From Candidatus Latescibacterota bacterium (GTDB lineage: Bacteria; Latescibacterota; UBA2968; GCA-2709665): a DNA stretch of 64,000 bases. The notes beneath the pieces are model-generated. The model had not been told where the DNA came from, searched no databases, and saw only the letters and a program-made list of their open reading frames with translations. The stretch covers positions 5,088,001-5,152,000 of the forward strand of contig OZ250150.1 of NCBI GenBank assembly GCA_965237675.1, read 5' to 3'. The position numbers were made by a program, and so were the translations under genes. This document shows, in pieces, positions 30,634-40,764 of this stretch (position 1 is the first letter of the stretch; the number at the start of each line of letters is the position of its first letter).

Positions 30634-31851
30634 TTATGGCGTGACGACCAGGATCCGATCGTCTCCAGTCCGCGGCTGACCCCGGCCGTCCCGGTTGCTG
30701 GTGGCCAGGTACACCTCGCCATCGGGCCCCACCAGCACATCCCGCAGCCGGCCGAATGCGCCGCGGAACAGGTCGTCCTTCGCCGTCGCACTCAGACCGT
30801 CGGCGGACAGGGTTATGCGCCAGAGCGCCTGCCCCTTCAACGTCGTGAACAGGAGGCCCCCCTTCCAGGCCGGTATCCGGTCCTCCGCGTATATGTCTGC
30901 GCCGGAAGGTGCGATTGTCGGTGTCCACGCCGCCAACGGTTCAGCGACATTGTTTGCCGTACAAAAAGTGGTTTCTCCGGTTAACACATCATTGTCACAA
31001 AATCCATGAACCTCGGGCCAGCCATAATTGCGTCCAGCCAGAATCAAGTTCACTTCATCGTTATCGCGCGGGCCATGTTCGGTACTGTAAAGCATCCCGG
31101 TTGACGGGTGAAACACGAGCCCCTGAGGATTCCGATGCCCAAATGTATAAACCGCTGTACCAAACGGATTTCCGGCCGCGGGCCTTCCATCGAGATCGAG
31201 TCGCAAGACCTTGCCCGCCAGCGAATTTAGATCCTGGGCAAGCCCGGGAGATTGTGCGTCGCCGGTTGTGAGATACAATAGTTCGTCCGGACCGACCACA
31301 AGCCTCGATCCGTCGTGGTTCGGTGCTCCGGGAATGTCGTTCAAAAGAACTTCAGGCTGGCCCAGCGCCGAGCCGTCGTATCGCATCCGTACAAGACGAT
31401 TCCGAACGCCACTGCCCGTACTGTACGAATATATCGCATAAACAAAGGGCCGGTTCTGAAAGTCCGGGTGAAACGCGATCCCCATCAACCCGCTTTCACT
31501 TAACTCGAAGGCGCCAATCTGCCCCACCTTCGTTACAGCACCCGTCTTCACATCCACGCGGGAAATCGTACCGGCGCGTTCACTCACCCAGATCTGGCCA
31601 TCCGGTCCCCACGCCAGATCCCAGGGTGTGTCCAACCCGGTGACCAGGGTTCGCACCGTCAGCCCGTCCACCGTGTTATCGACTGCCGACCCGCTTTCCT
31701 CGTCTGGAGCCGAATCCTCCGGCGTGGAGTCGTTTACGCTCTTTCCGCATCCCGACACCGCCAGTATCACCGCCAACACCAAAGTGACTCGGTAGCCCAC
31801 GACCGGCCTCCGTCTTCGTGAAATAGCGCGCATGCGAAAACGGGCCGACAC
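30634..31851 (-). CDS. PQQ-dependent sugar dehydrogenase (GSDH/YliI family) lipoprotein
   Basis: Lipobox AVSGC; LDTPWDLAW, HDGSRL, GKVLR, GHRNPQG, EHGP, NYGWP, GRLRDV; true start may lie downstream of 31851. Confidence 0.9.
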   Translation of the reverse strand: MSARFRMRAISRRRRPVVGYRVTLVLAVILAVSGCGKSVNDSTPEDSAPDEESGSAVDNTVDGLTVRTLVTGLDTPWDLAWGPDGQIWVSERAGTISRVDVKTGAVTKVGQIGAFELSESGLMGIAFHPDFQNRPFVYAIYSYSTGSGVRNRLVRMRYDGSALGQPEVLLNDIPGAPNHDGSRLVVGPDELLYLTTGDAQSPGLAQDLNSLAGKVLRLDLDGRPAAGNPFGTAVYTFGHRNPQGLVFHPSTGMLYSTEHGPRDNDEVNLILAGRNYGWPEVHGFCDNDVLTGETTFCTANNVAEPLAAWTPTIAPSGADIYAEDRIPAWKGGLLFTTLKGQALWRITLSADGLSATAKDDLFRGAFGRLRDVLVGPDGEVYLATSNRDGRGQPRTGDDRILVVTP

Positions 31852-31881
31852 GTTTTCTGGTTTCGTCCGCCGATGGACAGG

Positions 31882-34800
31882 CTAAAACAACCCGGTGTAG
31901 TCGATCGAAAAATACTGCTTGGGATGGCCAGTTTCCGCAAAATCAGTCGGCCAGGCCAGGTCGTACCGGAACAGATACCCGCCCAGGTTGACTCTTACAC
32001 CGAATCCATAACCCGCTTTAAGATCCCTGAGTTCAAAACCGCCGAGCCGCGCTTCCCAGGGCTGGAAACTGTCCCGATTGAACGCACTACCTACATCCAT
32101 GAACAGTTCGCCCTGGACATTCTGAAACAAGAGCGGCAGCGGCCAACCCATGGCTAACTGTCGTATTAACGGAAAGCGAAAGGCGACGTTGGCCAACAGG
32201 TAAGAATCCCCGGCCATCTCGAACACGTCGGCACCGCGCAGGGGCCAGACATAGCTGGAGAAAAAGACGCGGTCCAGATCCACCGGCGCGAACGTGGCGA
32301 AATTCGGATTGATCGAATTGTTGACCCCGCCGAGGAAAAAGACCTGCCGGTTGCGCCCGAAACTGGATCCACCGGACATTCGGATTGCAAGCGTGTACTC
32401 GTCAAGCATGGGAACGTATTTGCGGTAGTCGCCCTGAACCGTTCCGTAACGCATACCGGCCCAACTGCCCCTGGCGGACAACCTCGCGCGGCGGCCCTTC
32501 ATTGGCCCGAAGAGGGAGTATAACGCATTATCATCCACAAAATCCAGGCTGCTGATTACGGCCCGCCTGCTGGAAACCGGCGTACCGGACCCCCGGATGA
32601 CGCTACCCGTGTATCCGGCGCTGACATATTGATTTTGAAAATAACCCAGGTTTTCGCGCGAAATATTGATCGCCTGCGTGCTGAATTCAAGCCGCGTAAA
32701 TCGATTGAATGGCCGTTGGAAAACAACGCCGCCACCGTAGATCCGATCCGCGACCACCTGCCCGTTTGATATAAAAAAGCTTCGGGTATGTAGTGCGCTG
32801 AGGTAGTAATTGGTCTGGTGTTTAAGATTCTGGTAGCCGAGGAAGAGGTCGCTGTCTTTCAGGGAGAAGCTGAGCCCTGTCTGAACGATGACGCGGTGGT
32901 CGCCCATCACGTCCGTCAGCGACAGCTGAACCAGGCTGTTGACGCCGTAGAAGGTGTCGAAGCCGGCGTTGGCCCCGAAGAATTCCGGTTTGAGTTCGAC
33001 GCTGTATTTGTTCACCTTGAACTCTTTGCTCCAGTCGCGCAGCGTCAGTTCTCTGTCGTCGTCCGTCTCCAGGGTGTCGGCCTGTGCGTCCTCGTCGCCG
33101 GTGGCGCCGCGGGCTTCGGCTGCTGCCAGCGCCATCTGATCGGACATCCACGTCTCCACCTTCCGGTCTGCCACCGCCACCGCCACCGTATCCTGTTCCG
33201 CGGGGGTACCCGTGCTGTCGGGTTCCGCGGCTGCCGCCGTCCGTTCTTCCCTGTGTTCCTCTCGCAGTTCCACGAACGGGCGGTCCTCAATCCCCGCCAG
33301 GCGCTTCGCGTAACGCGTCAGCGGCAGGTCCTCCAGCCCACGCCTCTGCTTCAGCGGGTCCTTCATCACGAAGATGTCGTAACCCCCCCGATGAAACGTC
33401 GTAAAAACCAGCTTCTTCCCGTCGGCCGACCAGTCGATATACCGCGCGCCCGACAACAGATTGCTGATGGGATACACCTGCGAGCCGTCCACGTGCGCGA
33501 TGTAGATGTTGCCCACCCCCGTCCTGTCCGACACAAACGCCAGCTTCTGCGAGTCCGGCCCCCACGTGGGATGGCTGTCGTTCACCTCGCTTTCCACCAC
33601 CCGGCGAATCTCCGTTCCATCCCGGCGGATCACGAACACATCATACGTGCCGAACACGAAGTCCTTCGAGCCGTCATACGACAGATCCGCCGTCGGTCGG
33701 TCCGAACTGATCGCGATCCACTCCCCGTCCGGCGACCAGTCCAGGTGCTTCTCGTCATACGGATCCCGCGTCATCCGGCGCAGCGACTCGTCCTCCACGT
33801 TCACGATATACACGTCCGACCAGCCGTCCTTCAACCCCACGATCGCGACCTCTTTCCCGTCAGGCGACCACGTGGGCTCGAACAACCCGTCCAGATCGAA
33901 CTTGAAACGCTTCGTCACACGCTTCTTCCTCACATCCAGCGTATACAACGTGTTCTTGTTCCGCGACTTCGCCGCAAACGCGATCTGCTTGCCGTCGGGC
34001 GACCACGTGATGCCCGGTCGCAGCACAAACAATCCCTCGAAGTCCGACGAACGCTCCCCCTCCACCAACCGTCCCAGATCCTGACCGTCGATCGCCGACA
34101 TCAGGTAGATGTCGAACGTCCCCTGACGCTCCGTCACATACGCGATCTTGTCGCCCTGCGGTGAAAACGACGGCGCGATATTGTAAAACCCGCGACCCGC
34201 CGATGCCTCCGTCAACTGCTTCGCTACCTCCTCCGACGGGTGGTGCAGGTTGATCTCGTTCCAATACTGACGTTTCAACCACAACTGCCACTTCTCGTCC
34301 AACGCTTCCACGCCCTCGCCCACCGACGCCTTCAGCGCCTTGTCCACCGCGCGTGCGGAACGAAACGACGAGATAAACTCCGCTACCTTGTCCCTGCCAT
34401 ACTCCTCCTCGATCATCACGAATACCGACTGACCACCCTTATACGCAAACGCTCCGCTCAACGCCATCATCCCAGGCACATATCCCGCAATCGTCGCGTG
34501 ACGCATGAAATTGTCACCCTCACTGTCCCACCCACCCTGCGATAAATACTCCGCTACCCCCTCCGCAATCCACAATGGCGGCAACGTCGCCGCCTGCGTC
34601 ATCATCGCCCCCAGCCACCCGCCGCCCGTCCACATCTCCAGCGTCACCACGTGCGCCAACTCGTGATGGATTACGTGACGGAAATCGCCATACGACCCCG
34701 TATACGGGATCACCACCCGTCCCTGCGCAAACTCCGTAAAACCGCCCGTGAACTCCGACTGCTCCACCTGCGCGATGTTCGTCACCGAAAATCCGTTGTG

Positions 34801-35073
34801 CGAGTTGTAGATCACAATCGGATATCGGTCCTTCAACGTATACTTCAGATCCTTCTCCAGCCGCACCAGCGCACGCTCCGCCTCCTTCGCCGCAAACTCC
34901 GCCACAGGCTGCGACGCCTTGTCGAAATAAATCTTGAAATGCTCCGTCTCCAGATAGTGCCAGTCGTAATCGTCATACGTTACCTTGTTCTTGCCGAAAT
35001 ACTCCTGTCCGAACGCGATACCATACGTGAATAATGTGATGCAAATCGTTGACACCAAATTGCGGCTGATCAT
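31882..35073 (-). CDS. Zn-peptidase (MA/gluzincin) + TolB-like PD40 propeller + Omp85/BamA barrel fusion
   Basis: FGKNKV, IHHELAH + WIAEGVAEY, repeated WSPDG, FFLGG, PLRG, FMDVGSA, GYGFGVR, C-terminal F; RBS ggagg before ATG 35073. Confidence 0.87.
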   Translation of the reverse strand: MISRNLVSTICITLFTYGIAFGQEYFGKNKVTYDDYDWHYLETEHFKIYFDKASQPVAEFAAKEAERALVRLEKDLKYTLKDRYPIVIYNSHNGFSVTNIAQVEQSEFTGGFTEFAQGRVVIPYTGSYGDFRHVIHHELAHVVTLEMWTGGGWLGAMMTQAATLPPLWIAEGVAEYLSQGGWDSEGDNFMRHATIAGYVPGMMALSGAFAYKGGQSVFVMIEEEYGRDKVAEFISSFRSARAVDKALKASVGEGVEALDEKWQLWLKRQYWNEINLHHPSEEVAKQLTEASAGRGFYNIAPSFSPQGDKIAYVTERQGTFDIYLMSAIDGQDLGRLVEGERSSDFEGLFVLRPGITWSPDGKQIAFAAKSRNKNTLYTLDVRKKRVTKRFKFDLDGLFEPTWSPDGKEVAIVGLKDGWSDVYIVNVEDESLRRMTRDPYDEKHLDWSPDGEWIAISSDRPTADLSYDGSKDFVFGTYDVFVIRRDGTEIRRVVESEVNDSHPTWGPDSQKLAFVSDRTGVGNIYIAHVDGSQVYPISNLLSGARYIDWSADGKKLVFTTFHRGGYDIFVMKDPLKQRRGLEDLPLTRYAKRLAGIEDRPFVELREEHREERTAAAAEPDSTGTPAEQDTVAVAVADRKVETWMSDQMALAAAEARGATGDEDAQADTLETDDDRELTLRDWSKEFKVNKYSVELKPEFFGANAGFDTFYGVNSLVQLSLTDVMGDHRVIVQTGLSFSLKDSDLFLGYQNLKHQTNYYLSALHTRSFFISNGQVVADRIYGGGVVFQRPFNRFTRLEFSTQAINISRENLGYFQNQYVSAGYTGSVIRGSGTPVSSRRAVISSLDFVDDNALYSLFGPMKGRRARLSARGSWAGMRYGTVQGDYRKYVPMLDEYTLAIRMSGGSSFGRNRQVFFLGGVNNSINPNFATFAPVDLDRVFFSSYVWPLRGADVFEMAGDSYLLANVAFRFPLIRQLAMGWPLPLLFQNVQGELFMDVGSAFNRDSFQPWEARLGGFELRDLKAGYGFGVRVNLGGYLFRYDLAWPTDFAETGHPKQYFSIDYTGLF

Positions 35074-35610
35074 AATCGACCTCCTTGCAAGTGCCGGAGT
35101 TGCAGCGTGCACTCCCTCCATTTGGCTTCACGTGCCGATGGGCGTGGCGCGACCCGTTCGATCTGTGTCCGATGGCGTATTTTTCGATCTTCCAAGGGCG
35201 ATGGGGTGGGGGTCGGCCGCCGGGATTTTACCGCCCCCACCCCTGCTCCCGCACTATTTCTGCGGGAAAAACGCTATTAAAAATTCGGTCGTTATCTGGT
35301 TCACAAGGAAATCCCGTTCCACCCGTCACTCTACATCATTTAGAACGTCGGTGGTACCAAATCGTTCCCCCAATTTTTCCAATGACATCCACTCTCACTT
35401 ACATATATTAGCTGTAAGGGAAGTCGACATCCACAATCCCCGGTGTACACTGAGTGCCGCATTTCACCGTCACAATTAGGTGGACATCGCCCAACGAGAG
35501 GCGTGAATGGGCAAATCACCGGGCGGATGGACATCGGTTTCCAGAACCGCCCGCCGTCCCGCACCGCTTTTTCGAACGCCCACGTCACCACACGCTGGGA
35601 GACGTTAACG

Positions 35611-36798
35611 ATGCATAAAATCAAAGTCGGCGTCCTCGGCCTGCGGCGGGGCATTGCCCACCTGCGCAACTTTCTGGCTATAGAGCAGGTCGAAGTCGTT
35701 GCCGCCTGCGACCGTTTCCCCTACTACCGGGAACAGGCCCGTTTATTGGTGAAAAGGGTTGGCGCGTCAACCGAACTCCTGGAGGAATACGACGACCTTC
35801 TGGAACGAAAGCCCGATGCCGTCGTCGTTGCCAGCAACGGCAAACTTCAGGTTGAACACGCCTGCATGGCAATGGAAGCGGGCTGCCACGTTCTGTCGGA
35901 AGTGCCAGGTGCAGACACGGAACACGAACTGGTGCGCCTGAGGGAGGCCGTTGAACGCACGGGCCTGACATATATGCTGGCCGAAAACGCCTGTTACGCC
36001 GGTTTTGTGCCGTACTGGCGCAAGTGGATACTGGAAGATCGCTTCGGACCCATCTCCATCGCCGAAGCCGAATACCTTCACTACCTACCACAGACGCTCT
36101 CCACGTCTGCCGGCATACGCCTTTCGCCAAGCCAGGTGCATTCCGCCGCCGGCGTGGATGCGAAACCCATCTGGCGGGCCGACCAGCCCCCCATCCAGTA
36201 CCTGACCCACGACCTGGGCCCCCTGCTGGAGATTCTGGACGATCGCGCCGTTTCCGTGACCTGCCTCAGCGCCCCCTGGCGCTGCAGGGAAGCGCCTTTG
36301 AGATCGGACGGCCAAATTGCCCTCTTCCAAACGCAGAAGGGCACCCTCATAAAGATCATGGTTACCCTGAACACAGTTCGTCCGTCCGAGCACCGCTATC
36401 GACTTTTCGGAACCGAAGGAAGCACTGAGATGTTTACCTACGAAGAATGCACCCGTTATTTCGATAACAGTTGCAATCACAAAGACGGCTGGCGGGTCCT
36501 GCCCATCAGCCAGGCCGCCGTAGACGACGCCACCGGCGGGCACGGAGGAACAGACCTGAAAGTCGCCCGGCACTTTACGGATACCCTTCTCGAAGACCGA
36601 CCCTCTCCCATTGACGTCTACCGCGCCATCGAGTACGCGCTGCCGGGCGTGATCGCGGCCCGCTCGGCCGAACTGGGCGGCACCCCCATCGCAATTCCAG
36701 ACCTGAGACGAGAACCGCGTCCCGGGACCACCTTTTGGGACTCTTTACAGGTCCCGGAAATCGACCCCCCCTCCACCGCCTATCGACCGTCTGTGTAA
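35611..36798 (+). CDS. Gfo/Idh/MocA family oxidoreductase
   Basis: KVGVLGLRRG, HVLSEVP, YMLAEN, EAEYLH, YLTH, GGHGG. Confidence 0.88.
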   Translation: MHKIKVGVLGLRRGIAHLRNFLAIEQVEVVAACDRFPYYREQARLLVKRVGASTELLEEYDDLLERKPDAVVVASNGKLQVEHACMAMEAGCHVLSEVPGADTEHELVRLREAVERTGLTYMLAENACYAGFVPYWRKWILEDRFGPISIAEAEYLHYLPQTLSTSAGIRLSPSQVHSAAGVDAKPIWRADQPPIQYLTHDLGPLLEILDDRAVSVTCLSAPWRCREAPLRSDGQIALFQTQKGTLIKIMVTLNTVRPSEHRYRLFGTEGSTEMFTYEECTRYFDNSCNHKDGWRVLPISQAAVDDATGGHGGTDLKVARHFTDTLLEDRPSPIDVYRAIEYALPGVIAARSAELGGTPIAIPDLRREPRPGTTFWDSLQVPEIDPPSTAYRPSV

Positions 36799-36861
36799 TC
36801 GATCCGCCTGCATGCGGGCGCGCCGCATCTCCGACTGGTTCTTCACCATCGATTTCTAATA

Positions 36862-38583
36862 ATGATGTACACATCCGTCGAACTTCAACTCCTGAAAAAC
36901 AGGCTGGAATCCATCGTGGACGACATGGCGCTCACCGTCGTGCGCACGGCCTATTCCACCAATCTCAGAAACTCCATGGACTTCTCCACCGGCTTCTGCG
37001 ATCCCAAAGGCCGGCTGGTTGCGCAGGGACTATGCCTGCCCTTGCATCTCGGCAGCCTTCCGGACGGTATCGCCGCCGTCTTGAACCGGTTTGGCAACGC
37101 CATCGATGACGGCGATGTATTTCTACTCAACGATCCGTATGAAGGCGGAACGCACCTGCCGGACATCTACATCTACAAGCCCGTGTTCGTTGACTCCCGA
37201 TTGCTCGGATTCGCTACCGCCATCGCCCATCACACCGATATCGGCGGCCGGGTCGCCGGCGGTAACGCGTGCGACTCCACGGAAATCTATCAGGAAGGCC
37301 TGCGCATTCCGCCACTCAAACTCTACGTTGCCGGCCGTCCCGTCCAGGCCATCTTCGACATTATCGAACGCAACGTCCGGGTCCCGCGCAACGCTCTGGG
37401 CGACTTGCGCGCCCAGCTATCCGCCTGCCACACTGGTGAAAGAGCGATCGTTGCCCTGGCTCACGAACAGGGTTTCGACCGCCTCCAGAGCGGATTTTCC
37501 CAACTTCTGGACTACTCCGAACGCCTCACCCGGGCGGAAATCGCCGCGTTGCCGGACGGGCGCTTCAGTTTCACCGACATTCTCGACGACGACGGTATCG
37601 ACCCAGGCCCCATCCCGATCGCCGTCGCAATCCAGGTCGCGGGCAATGCGCTGTCCGTAGACTTCACCGGCACTGCTCCCCAGGTTAAGGGGGCTATCAA
37701 CTCCGTCGCTTCATTCACCAGGTCGGCGGTGTACGCCTGTCTACGCTGCCTCATGCGCGCGGACATCCCCACCAATTCCGGCTTCTTCCGGGCCGTTGAC
37801 ATCTATGTCCCTCCGGCCACGATTGCCAACCCGGTGCCGCCCGCGCCGGTGGCCGCCCGAGGCCTCACGGGTTTTCGATTGGCCAATGCGATTATGGGCG
37901 CCCTCGCACAATTGGCGCCGCATATCGTTCCCGCCTGTGAAGTCGGAGGAGACACGGGTATTTCGATTGGTGGATACCGCGCGGACCGTACCCCTTTTGT
38001 CTTTCTCGAGTTCCTCTTCTGCGGTTGGGGGGGTCGCCCGGACCGGGACGGAATTGACGGCTGCGCGAGTATTGTCGTCAATTTCTCCAACAACCCCGCG
38101 GAAGTTATCGAAGCAGAATATCCTCTCCAGATCCTCGAATACGGATTCCTGCCCGACACCGGCGGGTCGGGCAAATATCGCGGTTCGTGCTCGATTGTAC
38201 GCGAATACCGTTTTACGGAGACACAGGCGACCCTGCAGATCCGCTCAGACCGCCACAACTCCCGTCCCTACGGTCTGTGCGGCGGTCAGCCGGGATCGCC
38301 ATCCAAAAACATCCTGAACCCGAACACCGAGGCTCGAGTGTTGCCCGCGAAGACGTTGCTCACCCTCAACAGAGGCGACATCCTGCGGCACGTGCTGGCG
38401 GGCGCCGGCGGCTGGGGCAATCCGCTTGAACGCGATCCCCAACGCGTCCTTGACGACGTCAGAAACGGGAAAGTCTCAATCCGGTCCGCCGAACAGGACT
38501 ACGGTGTCGCTATCGACCCGGACACGGGAAACATCGACACTGCGCGCACGGACCGGCTCCGGTCCCGTTCCGAGGAAAAATAA
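36862..38583 (+). CDS. Hydantoinase B / oxoprolinase subunit
   Basis: RTAYSTN..DFSTG, NDPYEGGTHLPD, HHTDIGG, YQEGLRIPP, DFTGT, GAGGWGNP.ERDP. Confidence 0.93.
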   Translation: MMYTSVELQLLKNRLESIVDDMALTVVRTAYSTNLRNSMDFSTGFCDPKGRLVAQGLCLPLHLGSLPDGIAAVLNRFGNAIDDGDVFLLNDPYEGGTHLPDIYIYKPVFVDSRLLGFATAIAHHTDIGGRVAGGNACDSTEIYQEGLRIPPLKLYVAGRPVQAIFDIIERNVRVPRNALGDLRAQLSACHTGERAIVALAHEQGFDRLQSGFSQLLDYSERLTRAEIAALPDGRFSFTDILDDDGIDPGPIPIAVAIQVAGNALSVDFTGTAPQVKGAINSVASFTRSAVYACLRCLMRADIPTNSGFFRAVDIYVPPATIANPVPPAPVAARGLTGFRLANAIMGALAQLAPHIVPACEVGGDTGISIGGYRADRTPFVFLEFLFCGWGGRPDRDGIDGCASIVVNFSNNPAEVIEAEYPLQILEYGFLPDTGGSGKYRGSCSIVREYRFTETQATLQIRSDRHNSRPYGLCGGQPGSPSKNILNPNTEARVLPAKTLLTLNRGDILRHVLAGAGGWGNPLERDPQRVLDDVRNGKVSIRSAEQDYGVAIDPDTGNIDTARTDRLRSRSEEK

Positions 38584-38689
38584 AGCCTCAGGTATCCCCT
38601 CCGTGCCGTCGCTGCGTTGTGGACTCATAAGAAAGAGCGATTGCAAGGATCGCCCGCAATTCTAACACGACATTTCACGCCGACAGGGG

Positions 38690-40735
38690 TCATGTCACAT
38701 CAATCACGATATTCCTCCGGTCGTCGAGGTGGACGCGAACATTCGGGGGAACCAGCGTGGTGGCGTCATAGTCCTCCACAATGAACGGCCCCCGTACCGG
38801 CGAATCCCCCAGGTAACGCCGGGGCAAAACAGGCGTCTCGATCCATCCCCGACTCTCCCCGAAATACGCGCGCCTGCTGGTCGGTTTTCGGGCGGGTCCT
38901 TCCGGTTCGGCAATGTCCTTACCGTGCGGCAACGACGGCTCCGGCAGAAACGCGCGAATCCTCAAGGTAACGACCTCGACCGAGTCCGTCTCCGAGCGGT
39001 GCCCGTATGTTCGCTCGTGTTCCGCTTCAAACGCGTCCTGGAGAGCCGCCAGCGTGCCGTTGTTCCACCTCCCTTCTGGAGCCCTGATCGCCAGTTCGCA
39101 GGACTGTCCTGTATACCTCAGATCCACGATTTTCTCAACCGTTGATCCCGGTAATTTTCCTCTGGCTTCGTCAGCCATCCGTTCATAAGCAGACTGAAGT
39201 TCAGCGGGTGCCGTATCCGAAAGTTGCTTTAGACAGGTGCGTGCCAGATCGCACTGCAATCCTGCCGAGACCAGACCGATCGCACTGAAGAGACCGGGCG
39301 CAGGAGGTACCAGCACCCGCCGCATGCCGAGTGCCCTGGCCATCCCGACGGCGTGCAGGGGACCGCTCCCTCCGAAAGCCAGCAACGAATACTCGCGGGG
39401 GTCCCGCCCGCGTTCGGAAGAAACAGCCCGTACTGCCCTAACCATGCGGGCAACCGCGATCCGGTGCGCTCCCAGAGCGGCCTCATCCTCCCCCAGATCC
39501 ATCCTTGACGCAATCCATTCTCGCATTGCGCTACGGGCCAGCGCAACGTCCAGAGGCAAGTGACTGCCGGCCGGGCCTTCGGGATTCAGGTATCCCAGCA
39601 GCAAATTGGCGTCGGTCAGCGTGGGCCTGTTCCCCCCGCGCCGATAGCAGACTGGACCGGGATCCGCTCCAGCGCTGGCCGGCCCCACCTGAAGCGCTCC
39701 GCCGCCATCCACGTGCAAAATGCTCCCGCCACCCGCTCCGATTTCGGCCAGATCTATACATGGGACCCGGACCGGGTATCCGCCACCCCCCATCAACCTT
39801 CCCGCAACGGACAGACCGCCGCCGACCTCGTAGTCCGAGATCCGGGAAATACGCCCATCCTCGATGAGTGCCGCCTTTGCCGTCGTCCCGCCCATATCGA
39901 ACGCAATCAGATCGTCGCAACCGATGCGGCGCCCCATCGCCGCGGCTGCAACCACACCCGCGGCTGGCCCGGATTCGAGAATCTGCACAGGGCGCTCGAC
40001 CGCGGTTCTTGCCTCGGTGACACCTCCCGCCGACTGCATGATCCGCAAAGGCGCATCGATACCCAGTGCCTGGAGACGCGCACGAAGATCAGTCAGGTAG
40101 CTCCGTACCACCGGCAGCACGTAAGCGTTTACCACCGTGGTACTGGTCCGTTCGTATTCCTTGATCTCAGGCAAAACTTCCGACGAAAGCGTCACGGCCC
40201 ACCCCCCGGCCTCACGCAGCATCTCTCCTATCCTGATTTCGTGGCTCGGATTCACATACGCATTGAGCAGGCACACGGCAACGGATACCACCCGCCCCTG
40301 GACGAGCCGTTCGATCGCAAGATGAACACTCTCCTCGTCCAGCGCTTCCAGCACGGCGCCGTCGGCGCCAATCCGTTCGTTCACCTCCAGACGGAGATAC
40401 CGGGGCACAAGTGGCTCTGGCTTCTCCCAGGAAAGATCGTACAAACGGGGCATCCGCAACCGCCCGATCTCGAGTACGTCGCGAAAACCCCTTGTTGTAA
40501 TCAGACCGGTGCGCGCGCCCGAGCCACTGAGTACGGCATTGGTTGCCACGGTCGTGCCATGAATGACCTCCGTCACCTCCGCCCACGATCCCTTTACAAC
40601 GCGACTCACTCCGTCTACAATGGCCCCCCCGTAGTCTTCGGGCGTAGAGGGCAGCTTGCACAGTGTCACGCGGCCGTCCTCTCCTACCGCAACGACGTCT
40701 GTAAAAGTGCCGCCGATATCGATGCCAATACGCAT
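38690..40735 (-). CDS. Hydantoinase A / oxoprolinase ATP-binding subunit
   Basis: IGIDIGGTFTD, HGTTVATN, EYERTSTT, SGPAAG, DMGGTT, IGAGGGS, SAGADPGP, FGGSGPLH. Confidence 0.93.
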   Translation of the reverse strand: MRIGIDIGGTFTDVVAVGEDGRVTLCKLPSTPEDYGGAIVDGVSRVVKGSWAEVTEVIHGTTVATNAVLSGSGARTGLITTRGFRDVLEIGRLRMPRLYDLSWEKPEPLVPRYLRLEVNERIGADGAVLEALDEESVHLAIERLVQGRVVSVAVCLLNAYVNPSHEIRIGEMLREAGGWAVTLSSEVLPEIKEYERTSTTVVNAYVLPVVRSYLTDLRARLQALGIDAPLRIMQSAGGVTEARTAVERPVQILESGPAAGVVAAAAMGRRIGCDDLIAFDMGGTTAKAALIEDGRISRISDYEVGGGLSVAGRLMGGGGYPVRVPCIDLAEIGAGGGSILHVDGGGALQVGPASAGADPGPVCYRRGGNRPTLTDANLLLGYLNPEGPAGSHLPLDVALARSAMREWIASRMDLGEDEAALGAHRIAVARMVRAVRAVSSERGRDPREYSLLAFGGSGPLHAVGMARALGMRRVLVPPAPGLFSAIGLVSAGLQCDLARTCLKQLSDTAPAELQSAYERMADEARGKLPGSTVEKIVDLRYTGQSCELAIRAPEGRWNNGTLAALQDAFEAEHERTYGHRSETDSVEVVTLRIRAFLPEPSLPHGKDIAEPEGPARKPTSRRAYFGESRGWIETPVLPRRYLGDSPVRGPFIVEDYDATTLVPPNVRVHLDDRRNIVIDVT

Positions 40736-40764
40736 AGTCCACCTATTCCGGAAAGCGGATGTTA

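Noticed and set aside
30566-30928. N-terminal extension of the 418-aa ORF
   Set aside because: Overlaps the PQQ dehydrogenase gene in another frame; an RBS and signal peptide support the start at 30565
32818-34164. 448-aa + strand ORF
   Set aside because: Antisense artefact of biased codon usage in the Omp85 fusion gene
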